64,000 bases of DNA from Balanoglossus misakiensis (lineage: Eukaryota > Animalia > Hemichordata). The stretch spans positions 10,188,461 through 10,252,460 of the forward strand of contig CM082596.2 in NCBI GenBank assembly GCA_040954595.2. The letters run 5' to 3'. The notes beneath the pieces were generated by a model, which saw only the letters and a program-made list of their open reading frames with translations, had not been told where the DNA came from and searched no databases. Below are positions 42,541-55,600 of the stretch, one piece after another. Numbering within the stretch: the first letter of the stretch is position 1; each line of letters opens with the position of its first letter. A program made the translations under genes and the position numbers.

Positions 42541-45500
42541 TCGAAAATTTGTCATTTTTTGATGATTTTCACCCATGATTTTTCTCAAAAATCGACAAAA
42601 TTTTTAGATTTTGCAAAGACAAAATTTGTTCATTTTTTGATGATTTTCACCCGTGATTTTTTTCAAAAATAGACAAAATTTTGAGATTTTGCAAAGTCGA
42701 AAATTTGACATTTTTTGATGATTTTCACCCATGTTTTTTTTCAAAAATCAACGAACCCATGATTTTTTTTTAAAAATCGACGAAATTTAGAGATTTTGCA
42801 AAGTCGAAAATTTGTCATTTCTTAATGATTTTCACCCGTTTTTTTAAAAATCGACAAAATTTTGAGATTTTGCAAAGTCGAAAATTTGTAATTTTTTGAT
42901 GATTTTCACCAATGTTTTTTTTTAAAAATCAACGAACCCATGATTTTTTTCAAAAATTGACAAAATTTTGAGATTTTGCAAAGTCGAAAATTTGTCATTT
43001 TTTGATGATTTTCACCCATGATTTTTTTCAAAAATCGACGAAATTTTGAGATTTTGCAAAGTCGAAAATTTGTCATTTTTTGATGATTTTCACCCATGAT
43101 TTTTTTTCAAAAATCGACGAAATTTTGAGATTTTGCAAAGTCGAAAATTTGTCATTTATTAATGATTTTCACCCATGATTTTTTTTCAAAAATCGACGAA
43201 ATTTTGAGATTTTGCAAAGTCGAAAATTTGTCATTTATTAATGATTTTCACCCATGATTTTTTTTCAAAAATCGACAAAATTTTGAGATTTTGCAAAGTC
43301 GAAAATTTGTAATTTTTTGATGATTTTCACCCATGTTTTTTTTCAAAATTGAACGAACCCATGATTTTTTTCAAAAATCGACGAAATTTTTAGATTTTGC
43401 AAAGTCGAAAATTTGTCATTTTTTGATTATTTTCACCCATGATTTTTTTCAAAAATCGACAAAATTTTTAGATTTTGCAAAGTCGAAAATTTGTCATTTT
43501 TTGATGATTTTCACCATGATTTTTTTTTAAAAATCGACGAAATTTTGAGATTTTGCAAAGACGAAAATTTGTCATTTTTTGATGATTTTCACCCATGTTT
43601 TTTTTCAAAAATCAACGAACCCATGATTTTTTTTCAAAAAAGGACAAAATTTTGAGATTTTGCAAAGTCGAAAATTTGTCATTTTTTGATGATTTTCACC
43701 CATGATTTTTCTCAAAAATCGACGAAATTTTGAGATTTTGCAAAGTCGAAAATTTGTCATTTTTTGATGATTTTCACCCATGATTTTTTTTCAAAAATCG
43801 ACGAAATTTTGAGATTTTGCAAAGTCGAAAATTTGTCATTTATTAATGATTTTCACCCATGATTTTTTTTTCAAAAATCGACAAAATTTTGAGATTTTGC
43901 AAAGTCGAAAATTTGTAATTTTTTGATGATTTTCACCCATGTTTTTTTTCAAAATTGAACGAACCCATGATTTTTTTCAAAAATCGACGAAAATTTGAGA
44001 TTTTGCAAAGTCGAAAATTTGTCATTTTTTGATGATTTTCACCCATGATTTTTTTCAAAAATCGACAAAATTTTTAGATTTTGCAAAGTCGAAAATTTGT
44101 CATTTTTTGATTATTTTCACCCATGATTTTTTTCAAAAATCGACAAAATTTTTAGATTTTGCAAAGACGAAAATTTGTAATTTTTTGATGATTTTCACCC
44201 ATGTTTTTTTTCAAAAATCAACGAACCCATGATTTTTTTTCAAAAAAGGACAAAATTTTGAGATTTTGCAAAGTCGAAAATTTGTCATTTTTTGAAGATT
44301 TTCACCCATGATTTTTCTCAAAAATCGACGAAATTTTGAGATTTTGCAAAGACACAATTTTTTCATTTTTTGATGATTTTCACCCGTGATTTTTTTCAAA
44401 AATAGACAAAATTTTGAGATTTTGCAAAGTCGAAAATTTGACATTTTTTGATGATTTTCACCCATGTTTTTTTTCAAAAATCAACGAACCCATGATTTTT
44501 TTTCAAAAATCGACGAAATTTAGAGATTTTGCAAAGTCGAAAATTTGTCATTTCTTAATGATTTTCACCCGTTTTTTTTAAAAATCGACAAAATTTTGAG
44601 ATTTTGCAAAGTCGAAAATTTGTAATTTTTTGATGATTTTCACCAATGTTTTTTTTAAAAATCAACGAACCCATGATTTTTTTCAAAAATTGACAACATT
44701 TTGAGATTTTGCAAAGTCGAAAATTTGTCATTTTTTGATGATTTTCACCCATGATTTTTTTCAAAAATCGACGAAATTTTGAGATTTTGCAAAGTCGAAA
44801 AGTTGTCATTTTTTGATGATTTTCACCCATGATTTTTTTTCAAAAATCGACGAAATTTTGAGATTTTGCAAAGTCGAAAATTTGTCATTTATTAATGATT
44901 TTCACCCATGATTTTTTTTCAAAAATCGACAAAATTTTGAGATTTTGCAAAGTCGAAAATTTGTAATTTTTTGATGATTTTCACCCATGTTTTTTTTCAA
45001 AATTGAACGAACCCATGATTTTTTTCAAAAATCGACGAAATTTTGAGATTTTGCAAAGTCGAAAATTTGTCATTTTTTGATGATTTTCACCCATGATTTT
45101 TTTCAAAAATCGACAAAATTTTTAGATTTTGCAAAGTCGAAAATTTGTCATTTTTTGATTATTTTCACCCATGATTTTTTTCAAAAATCGACAAAATTTT
45201 TAGATTTTGCAAAGTCGAAAATTTGTCATTTTTTGATGATTTTCACCATGATTTTTTTTTAAAAATCGACGAAATTTTGAGATTTTGCAAAGACGAAAAT
45301 TTGTCATTTTTTGATGATTTTCACACATGATTTTTTTTCAAAAATGTACGAAATTTTGAGATTTTGCAAAGTCGAAAATTTGTCGTTTTTTGATGATTTT
45401 CACCCATGATTTTTTTTCAAAAATCGACGAAATTTTGAGATTTTGCAAAGTCGAAAATTTGTCATTTATTGATGATTTTCACCCATGATTTTTTTTCAAA

Positions 45501-45999
45501 AATCGACAAAATTTTGAGATTTTGCAAAGTCGAAAATTTGTAATTTTTTGATGATTTTCACCCATGTTTTTTTTCAAAATTGAACGAACCCATGATTTTT
45601 TTCAAAAATCGACAAAATTTTTAGATTTTGCAAAGTCGAAAATTTGTCATTTTTTGATTATTTTAACCCATGATTTTTTTCAAAAATCAACAAAATTTTT
45701 AGATTTTGCAAAGTCGAAAATTTGTCATTTTTTGATGATTTTCACCATGATTTTTTTTTAAAAATCGACGAAATTTTGAGATTTTGCAAAGACGAAAATT
45801 TGTCATTTTTTGATGATTTTCACCCATGTTTTTTTTTCAAAAATCAACGAACCCATGATTTTTTTTCAAAAAAGGACAAAATTTTGAGATTTTGCAAAGT
45901 CGAAAATTTGTCATTTTTTGATGATTTTCACCCATGATTTTTCTCAAAAATCGACGAAATTTTGAGATTTTGCAAAGTCGAAAATTTGTCATTTTTTGA

Positions 46000-48900
46000 T
46001 GATTTTCACCCATGATTTTTTTTCAAAAATCGACGAAATTTTGAGATTTTGCAAAGTCGAAAATTTGTCATTTATTAATGATTTTCACCCATGATTTTTT
46101 TTCAAAAATCGACAAAATTTTGAGATTTTGCAAAGTCGAAAATTTGTCATTTTTTGATGATTTTCACCATGATTTTTTTTTAAAAATCGACGAAATTTTG
46201 AGATTTTGCAAAGACGAAAATTTGTCATTTTTTGATGATTTTCACCCATGATTTTTTTTCAAAAATGTACGAAATTTTGAGATTTTGCAAAGTCGAAAAT
46301 TTGTCGTTTTTTGATGATTTTCACCCATGATTTTTTTTCAAAAATCGACAAAATTTTGAGATTTTGCAAAGACGAAAATTTGTCATTTTTTGATGATTTT
46401 CACCCATGATTTTTTTCAACAGTCGACGAAATTTTGAGATTTTGCAAAGACAAAATTTTTTCATTTTTTGATGATTTTCACCCGTGATTTTTTTCAAAAA
46501 TAGACAAAATTTTGAGATTTTGCAAAGTCGAAAATTTGTCATTTTTTGATGATTTTCACCCATGATTTTTTTCAAAAATTGACGAAATTTTGAGATTTTG
46601 CAAAGTCGAAAATTTGTCATTTTTTGATGATTTTCACCCAAGACTTTTTTTCAAAAATTTACGAAATGTTGAGATTTTGCAAAGTCGAAAATTTGTCATT
46701 TTTTGATGATTTTCACCCATGTTTTTTTTTTCAAAAATCGACGAAATTTTGAGATTTTGCAAATTCGAAAATTTGTAATTTTTTGATGATTTTCACCCAT
46801 GTTTTTTTTTCAAAAATCAACGAACCCATGATTTTTTTTCAAAAGAGGACAAAATTTTGAGATTTTGCAAAGTCGAAAATTTGTCATTTTTTGATGATTT
46901 TCACCCATGATTTTTTTCAAAAATCGACGAAATTTTGAGATTTTGCAAAGTCGAAAATTTGTCATTTTTTGATGATTTTCACCCATGATTTTTTTTCAAA
47001 AATCGACGAAATTTTGAGATTTTGCAAAGTCGAAAATTTGTCATTTATTAATGATTTTCACCCATGATTTTTTTTCAAAAATCGACAAAATTTTGAGATT
47101 TTGCAAAGTCGAAAATTTGTCATTTTTTGATGATTTTCACCATGATTTTTTTTTTAAAAATCGACGAAATTTTGAGATTTTGCAAAGACGAAAATTTGTC
47201 ATTTTTTGATGATTTTCACCCATGATTTTTTTTCAAAAATGTACGAAATTTTGAGATTTTGCAAAGTCGAAAATTTGTCATTTTTTGATGATTTTCACCC
47301 ATGATTTTTTTTCAAAAATGTACGAAATTTTGAGATTTTGCAAAGTCGAAAATTTGTCGTTTTTTGATGATTTTCACCCATGATTTTTTTTCAAAAATCG
47401 ACAAAATTTTGAGATTTTGCAAAGACGAAAATTTGTCATTTTTTGATGATTTTCACCCATGATTTTTTTCAACAGTCGACGAAATTTTGAGATTTTGCAA
47501 AGACAAAATTTTTTCATTTTTTGATGATTTTCACCCGTGATTTTTTTCAAAAATAGACAAAATTTTGAGATTTTGCAAAGTCGAAAATTTGTCATTTTTT
47601 GATGATTTTCACCCATGATTTTTTTCAAAAATTGACGAAATTTTGAGATTTTGCAAAGTCGAAAATTTGTCATTTTTTGATGATTTTCACCCAAGACTTT
47701 TTTTCAAAAATTTACGAAATGTTGAGATTTTGCAAAGTCGAAAATTTGTCATTTTTTGATGATTTTCACCCATGTTTTTTTTTTCAAAAATCGACGAAAT
47801 TTTGAGATTTTGCAAATTCGAAAATTTGTAATTTTTTGATGATTTTCACCCATGTTTTTTTTTCAAAAATCAACGAACCCATGATTTTTTTTCAAAAGAG
47901 GACAAAATTTTGAGATTTTGCAAAGTCGAAAATTTGTCATTTTTTGATGATTTTCACCCATGATTTTTTTCAAAAATCGACGAAATTTTGAGATTTTGCA
48001 AAGTCGAAAATTTGTCATTTTTTGATGATTTTCACCCATGATTTTTTTTCAAAAATCGACGAAATTTTGAGATTTTGCAAAGTCGAAAATTTGTCATTTA
48101 TTAATGATTTTCACCCATGATTTTTTTTCAAAAATCGACAAAATTTTGAGATTTTGCAAAGTCGAAAATTTGTCATTTTTTGATGATTTTCACCATGATT
48201 TTTTTTTTAAAAATCGACGAAATTTTGAGATTTTGCAAAGACGAAAATTTGTCATTTTTTGATGATTTTCACCCATGATTTTTTTTCAAAAATGTACGAA
48301 ATTTTGAGATTTTGCAAAGTCGAAAATTTGTCGTTTTTTGATGATTTTCACCCATGATTTTTTTTCAAAAATCGACAAAATTTTGAGATTTTGCAAAGAC
48401 GAAAATTTGTCATTTTTTGATGATTTTCACCCATGATTTTTTTCAAAAGTCGACGAAATTTTGAGATTTTGCAAAGACAAAATTTTTTCATTTTTTGATG
48501 ATTTTCACCCGTGATTTTTTTCAAAAATAGACAAAATTTTGAGATTTTGCAAAGTCGAAAATTTGTCATTTTTTGATGATTTTCACCCATGATTTTTTTC
48601 AAAAATTGACGAAATTTTGAGATTTTGCAAAGTCGAAAATTTGTCATTTTTTGATGATTTTCACCCAAGACTTTTTTTCAAAAATTTACGAAATGTTGAG
48701 ATTTTGCAAAGTCGAAAATTTGTCATTTTTTGATGATTTTCACCCATGTTTTTTTTTTTCAAAAATCGACGAAATTTTGAGATTTTGCAAATTCGAAAAT
48801 TTGTAGTTTTTTGATGATTTTCACCCATGATTTTTTTTCAAAAATCGACAAAATTTTGAGATTTTGCAAAGACGAAAATTTGTCATTTTTTGATGATTTT

Positions 48901-49810
48901 CACCCATGATTTTTTTCAAAAGTCGACGAAATTTTGAGATTTTGCAAAGACAAAATTTTTTCATTTTTTGATGATTTTCACCCGTGATTTTTTTCAAAAA
49001 TAGACAAAATTTTGAGATTTTGCAAAGTCGAAAATTTGTCATTTTTTGATGATTTTCACCCATGATTTTTTTCAAAAATTGACGAAATTTTGAGATTTTG
49101 CAAAGTCGAAAATTTGTCATTTTTTGATGATTTTCACCCAAGACTTTTTTTCAAAAATTTACGAAATGTTGAGATTTTGCAAAGTCGAAAATTTGTCATT
49201 TTTTGATGATTTTCACCCATGTTTTTTTTTTTCAAAAATCGACGAAATTTTGAGATTTTGCAAATTCGAAAATTTGTAATTTTTTGATGATTTTCACCCA
49301 TGTTTTTTTTTCAAAAATCAACGAACCCATGATTTTTTTTCAAAAGAGGACAAAATTTTGAGATTTTGCAAAGTCGAAAATTTGTCATTTTTTGATGATT
49401 TTCACCCATGATTTTTTTCAAAAATCGACGAAATTTTGAGATTTTGCAAAGTCGAAAATTTGTCATTTTTTGATGATTTTCACCCATGATTTTTTTTCAA
49501 AAATCGACGAAATTTTGAGATTTTGCAAAGTCGAAAATTTGTCATTTATTAATGATTTTCACCCATGATTTTTTTTCAAAAATCGACAAAATTTTGAGAT
49601 TTTGCAAAGTCGAAAATTTGTCATTTTTTGATGATTTTCACCATGATTTTTTTTTTAAAAATCGACGAAATTTTGAGATTTTGCAAAGACGAAAATTTGT
49701 CATTTTTTGATGATTTTCACCCATGATTTTTTTTCAAAAATGTACGAAATTTTGAGATTTTGCAAAGTCGAAAATTTGTCGTTTTTTGATGATTTTCACC
49801 CATGATTTTT
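46000..49810. repeat. Three to four tandem copies of a ~1-kb higher-order unit (spacings 1053, 974 and a partial 473 bp)
   Basis: Identical 106-aa translations at 46321, 47374, 48348 and 48821. ACGAAATGTTGAG at ~46661, ~47713, ~48688 and ~49161. Confidence 0.9.
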
Positions 49811-52609
49811 TTTCAAAAATTGACAAAATTTTGAGATTTTGCAAAGTCGAAAATTTGTCATTTTTTGATGATTTTCACCCATGATTTTTTTCAAAAATCG
49901 ACGAAATTTTGAGATTTTGCAAAGTCGAAAATTTGTCATTTTTTTATGATTTTCACCCATGATTTTTTTTCAAAAATCGACGAAATTTTGAGATTTTGCA
50001 AAGTCGAAAATTTGTCATTTATTAATGATTTTCACCCATGATTTTTTTTCAAAAATCGACAAAATTTTGAGATTTTGCAAAGTCGAAAATTTGTAATTTT
50101 TTGATGATTTTCACCCATGTTTTTTTTCAAAATTGAACGAACCCATGATTTTTTTCAAAAATCGACGAAATTTTGAGATTTTGCAAAGTCGAAAATTTGT
50201 CATTTTTTGATGATTTTCACCCATGATTTTTTTCAAAAATCGACAAATTTTTTAGATTTTGCAAAGTCGAAAATTTGTCATTTTTTGATTATTTTCACCC
50301 ATGATTTTTTTCAAAAATCGACAAAATTTTTAGATTTTGCAAAGTCGAAAATTTGTCATTTTTTGATGATTTTCACCATGATTTTTTTTTAAAAATCGAC
50401 GAAATTTTGAGATTTTGCAAAGACGAAAATTTGTCATTTTTTGATGATTTTCACCCATGTTTTTTTTTCAAAAATCAACGAACCCATTATTTTTTTTCAA
50501 AAAAGGACAAAATTTTGAGATTTTGCAAAGTCGAAAATTTGTCATTTTTTGATGATTTTCACCCATGATTTTTCTCAAAAATCGACGAAATTTTGAGATT
50601 TTGCAAAGTCGAAAATTTGTCATTTTTTGATGATTTTCACCCATGATTTTTTTTCAAAAATCGACGAAATTTTGAGATTTTGCAAAGTCGAAAATTTGTC
50701 ATTTATTAATGATTTTCACCCATGATTTTTTTTCAAAAATCGACAAAATTTTTAGATTTTGCAAAGTCGAAAATTTGTCATTTTTTGATGATTTTCACCA
50801 TGATTTTTTTTTTAAAAATCGACGAAATTTTGAGATTTTGCAAAGACGAAAATTTGTCATTTTTTGATGATTTTCACCCATGATTTTTTTTCAAAAATGT
50901 ACGAAATTTTGAGATTTTGCAAAGTCGAAAATTTGTCGTTTTTTGATGATTTTCACCCATGATTTTTTTTCAAAAATCGACAAAATTTTGAGATTTTGCA
51001 AAGACGAAAATTTGTCATTTTTTGATGATTTTCACCCATGATTTTTTTCAAAAGTCGACGAAATTTTGAGATTTTGCAAAGACAAAATTTTTTCATTTTT
51101 TGATGATTTTCACCCGTGATTTTTTTCAAAAATAGACAAAATTTTGAGATTTTGCAAAGTCGAAAATTTGTCATTTATTAATGATTTTCACCCATGATTT
51201 TTTTTCAAAAATCGACAAAATTTTGAGATTTTGCAAAGTCGAAAATTTGTCATTTTTTGATGATTTTCACCCATGATTTTTTTCAAAAATTGACGAAATT
51301 TTGAGATTTTGCAAAGTCGAAAATTTGTCATTTTTTGATGATTTTCACCCAAGACTTTTTTTCAAAAATTTACGAAATGTTGAGATTTTGCAAAGTCGAA
51401 AATTTGTCATTTTTTGATGATTTTCACCCATGTTTTTTTTTTTTCAAAAATCGACGAAATTTTGAGATTTTGCAAATTCGAAAATTTGTAATTTTTTGAT
51501 GATTTTCACCCATGTTTTTTTTTCAAAAATCAACGAACCCATGATTTTTTTTCAAAAGAGGACAAAATTTTGAGATTTTGCAAAGTCGAAAATTTGTCAT
51601 TTTTTGATGATTTTCACCCTTGATTTTTTTCAAAAATCGACGAAATTTTGAGATTTTGCAAAGTCGAAAGTTTGTCATTTTTTGATGATTTTCACCCATG
51701 ATTTTTTTTCAAAAATCGACGAAATTTTGAGATTTTGCAAAGTCGAAAATTTGTCATTTATTAATGATTTTCACCCATGATTTTTTTTCAAAAATCGACA
51801 AAATTTTGAGATTTTGCAAAGTCGAAAATTCGTAATTTTTTGATGATTTTCACCCATGTTTTTTTTCAAAATTGAACGAACCCATGATTTTTTTCAAAAA
51901 TCGACGAAATTTTGAGATTTTGCAAAGTCGAAAATTTGTCATTTTTTGATGATTTTCACCCATGATTTTTCTCAAAAATCGACAAAATTTTTAGATTTTG
52001 CAAAGACAAAATTTTTTCATTTTTTGATGATTTTCACCCGTGATTTTTTTCAAAAATAGACAAAATTTTGAGATTTTGCAAAGTCGAAAATTTGACATTT
52101 TTTGATGATTTTCACCCATGTTTTTTTTCAAAAATCAACGAACCCATGATTTTTTTTCAAAAATCGACGAAATTTAGAGATTTTGCAAAGTCGAAAATTT
52201 GTCATTTCTTAATGATTTTCACCCGTTTTTTTTAAAAATCGACAAAATTTTGAGATTTTGCAAAGTCGAAAATTTGTAATTTTTTGATGATTTTCACCAA
52301 TGTTTTTTTTTAAAAATCAACGAACCCATGATTTTTTTCAAAAATTGACAAAATTTTGAGATTTTGCAAAGTCGAAAATTTGTCATTTTTTGATGATTTT
52401 CACCCATGATTTTTTTCAAAAATCGACGAAATTTTGAGATTTTGCAAAGTCGAAAATTTGTCATTTTTTGATGATTTTCACCCATGATTTTTTTTCAAAA
52501 ATCGACGAAATTTTGAGATTTTGCAAAGTCGAAAATTTGTCATTTATTAATGATTTTCACCCATGATTTTTTTTCAAAAATCGACAAAATTTTGAGATTT
52601 TGCAAAGTC

Positions 52610-55600
52610 GAAAATTTGTAATTTTTTGATGATTTTCACCCATGTTTTTTTTCAAAATTGAACGAACCCATGATTTTTTTCAAAAATCGACGAAATTTTG
52701 AGATTTTGCAAATTCGAAAATTTGTCATTTTTTGATGATTTTCACCCATGATTTTTTTCAAAAATCGACAAAATTTTTAGATTTTGCAAAGTCGAAAATT
52801 TGTCATTTTTTGATTATTTTCACCCATGATTTTTTTCAAAAATCGACAAAATTTTTTGATTTTGCAAAGTCGAAAATTTGTCATTTTTTGATGATTTTCA
52901 CCATGATTTTTTTTTAAAAATCGACGAAATTTTGAGATTTTGCAAAGACGAAAATTTGTCATTTTTTGATGATTTTCACCCATGTTTTTTTTCAAAAATC
53001 AACGAACCCATGATTTTTTTTCAAAAAAGGACAAAATTTTGAGATTTTGCAAAGTCGAAAATTTGTCATTTTTTGATGATTTTCACCCATGATTTTTCTC
53101 AAAAATCGACGAAATTTTGAGATTTTGCAAAGTCGAAAATTTGTCATTTTTTGATGATTTTCACCCATGATTTTTTTTCAAAAATCGACGAAATTTTGAG
53201 ATTTTGCAAAGTCGAAAAATTGTCATTTATTAATGATTTTCACCCATGATTTTTTTTCAAAAATCGACAAAATTTTGAGATTTTGCAAAGTCGAAAATTT
53301 GTAATTTTTTGATGATTTTCACCCATGTTTTTTTTCAAAATTGAACGAACCCATGATTTTTTTCAAAAATCGACGAAATTTTGAGATTTTGCAAAGTCGA
53401 AAATTTGTCATTTTTTGATGATTTTCACCCATGATTTTTTTCAAAAATCGACAAAATTTTTAGATTTTGCAAAGTCGAAAATTTGTCATTTTTTGATTAT
53501 TTTCACCCATGATTTTTTTCAAAAATCGACAAAATTTTTAGATTTTGCAAAGACGAAAATTTGTCATTTTTTGATGATTTTCACCCATGTTTTTTTTCAA
53601 AAATCAACGAACCCATGATTTTTTTTCAAAAAAGGACAAAATTTTGAGATTTTGCAAAGTCGAAAATTTGTCATTTTTTGAAGATTTTCACCAATGATTT
53701 TTCTCAAAAATCGACGAAATTTTGAAATTTGTAATTTTTTGATGATTTTCACCAATGTTTTTTTTTAAAAATCAACGAACCCATGATTTTTTTCAAAAAT
53801 TGACAAAATTTTGAGATTTTGCAAAGTCGAAAATTTGTCATTTTTTGATGATTTTCACCAATGATTTTTTTCAAAAATCGACGAAATTTTGAGATTTTGC
53901 AAAGTCGAAAATTTGTCATTTATTAACGATTTTCACCCATGATTTTTTTTCAAAAATCGACGAAATTTTGAGATTTTGCAAAGTCGAAAATTTGTCATTT
54001 ATTAATGATTTTCACCCATGATTTTTTTTCAAAAATCGACAAAATTTTGAGATTTTGCAAAGTCGAAAATTTGTAATTTTTTGATGATTTTCACCCATGT
54101 TTTTTTTCAAAATTGAACGAACCCATGATTTTTTTCAAAAATCGACGAAATTTTGAGATTTTGCAAAGTCGAAAATTTGTCATTTTTTGATGATTTTCAC
54201 CCATGATTTTTTTCAAAAATCGACAAAATTTTTAGATTTTGCAAAGTCGAAAATTTGTCATTTTTTGATTATTTTCACCCATGATTTTTTTCAAAAATCG
54301 ACAAAATTTTTAGATTTTGCAAAGTCGAAAATTTGTCATTTTTTGATGATTTTCACCATGATTTTTTTTTAAAAATCGACGAAATTTTGAGATTTTGCAA
54401 AGACGAAAATTTGTCATTTTTTGATGATTTTCACCCATGTTTTTTTTTCAAAAATCAACGAACCCATGATTTTTTTTCAAAAAAGGACAAAATTTTGAGA
54501 TTTTGCAAAGCCGAAAATTTGTCATTTTTTGATGATTTTCACCCATGATTTTTTTCAAAAATCGACGAAATTTTGAGATTTTGCAAAGTCGAAAATTTGT
54601 CATTTTTTGATGATTTTCACCCATGATTTTTTTCAAAAATCGACAAAATTTTTAGATTTTGCAAAGTCGAAAATTTGTCATTTTTTGATTATTTTCACCC
54701 ATGATTTTTTTCAAAAATCGACAAAATTTTTAGATTTTGCAAAGTCGAAAATTTGTCATTTTTTGATGATTTTCACCATGATTTTTTTTTAAAAATCGAC
54801 GAAATTTTGAGATTTTGCAAAGACGAAAATTTGTCATTTTTTGATGATTTTCACCCATGTTTTTTTTCAAAAATCAACGAACCCATGATTTTTTTTCAAA
54901 AAAGGACAAAATTTTGAGATTTTGCAAAGTCGAAAATTTGTCATTTTTTGATGATTTTCACCCATGATTTTTCTCAAAAATCGACGAAATTTTGAGATTT
55001 TGCAAAGTCGAAAATTTGTCATTTTTTGATTATTTTCATCCATGATTTTTTTCAAAAATCGACGAAATTTTTAGATTTTGCAAAGTCGAAAATTTGTCAT
55101 TTTTTGATGATTTTCACCATGATTTTTTTTTTAAAAATCGACAAAATTTTGAGATTTTGCAAAGACGAAAATTTGTCATTTTTTGATGATTTTCACCCAT
55201 GATTTTTTTTCAAAAATGTACGAAATTTTGAGATTTTGCAAAGACAAAATTTTTTCATTTTTTGATGATTTTCACCCGTGATTTTTTTTCAAAAATAGAC
55301 AAAATTTTGAGATTTTGCAAAGTCGAAAATTTGACATTTTTTGATGATTTTCACCCATGTTTTTTTTCAAAAATCAACGAACCCATGATTTTTTTTCAAA
55401 AATCGACGAAATTTAGAGATTTTGCAAAGTCGAAAATTTGTCATTTCTTAATGATTTTCACCCGTTTTTTTTTCAAAAATCGACAAAATTTTGAGATTTT
55501 GCAAAGACGAAAATTTGTCATTTTTTGATGATTTTCACCCATGATTTTTCTCAAAAATCGACGAAATTTTGAGATTTTGCAAAGTCGAAAATTTGTCATT

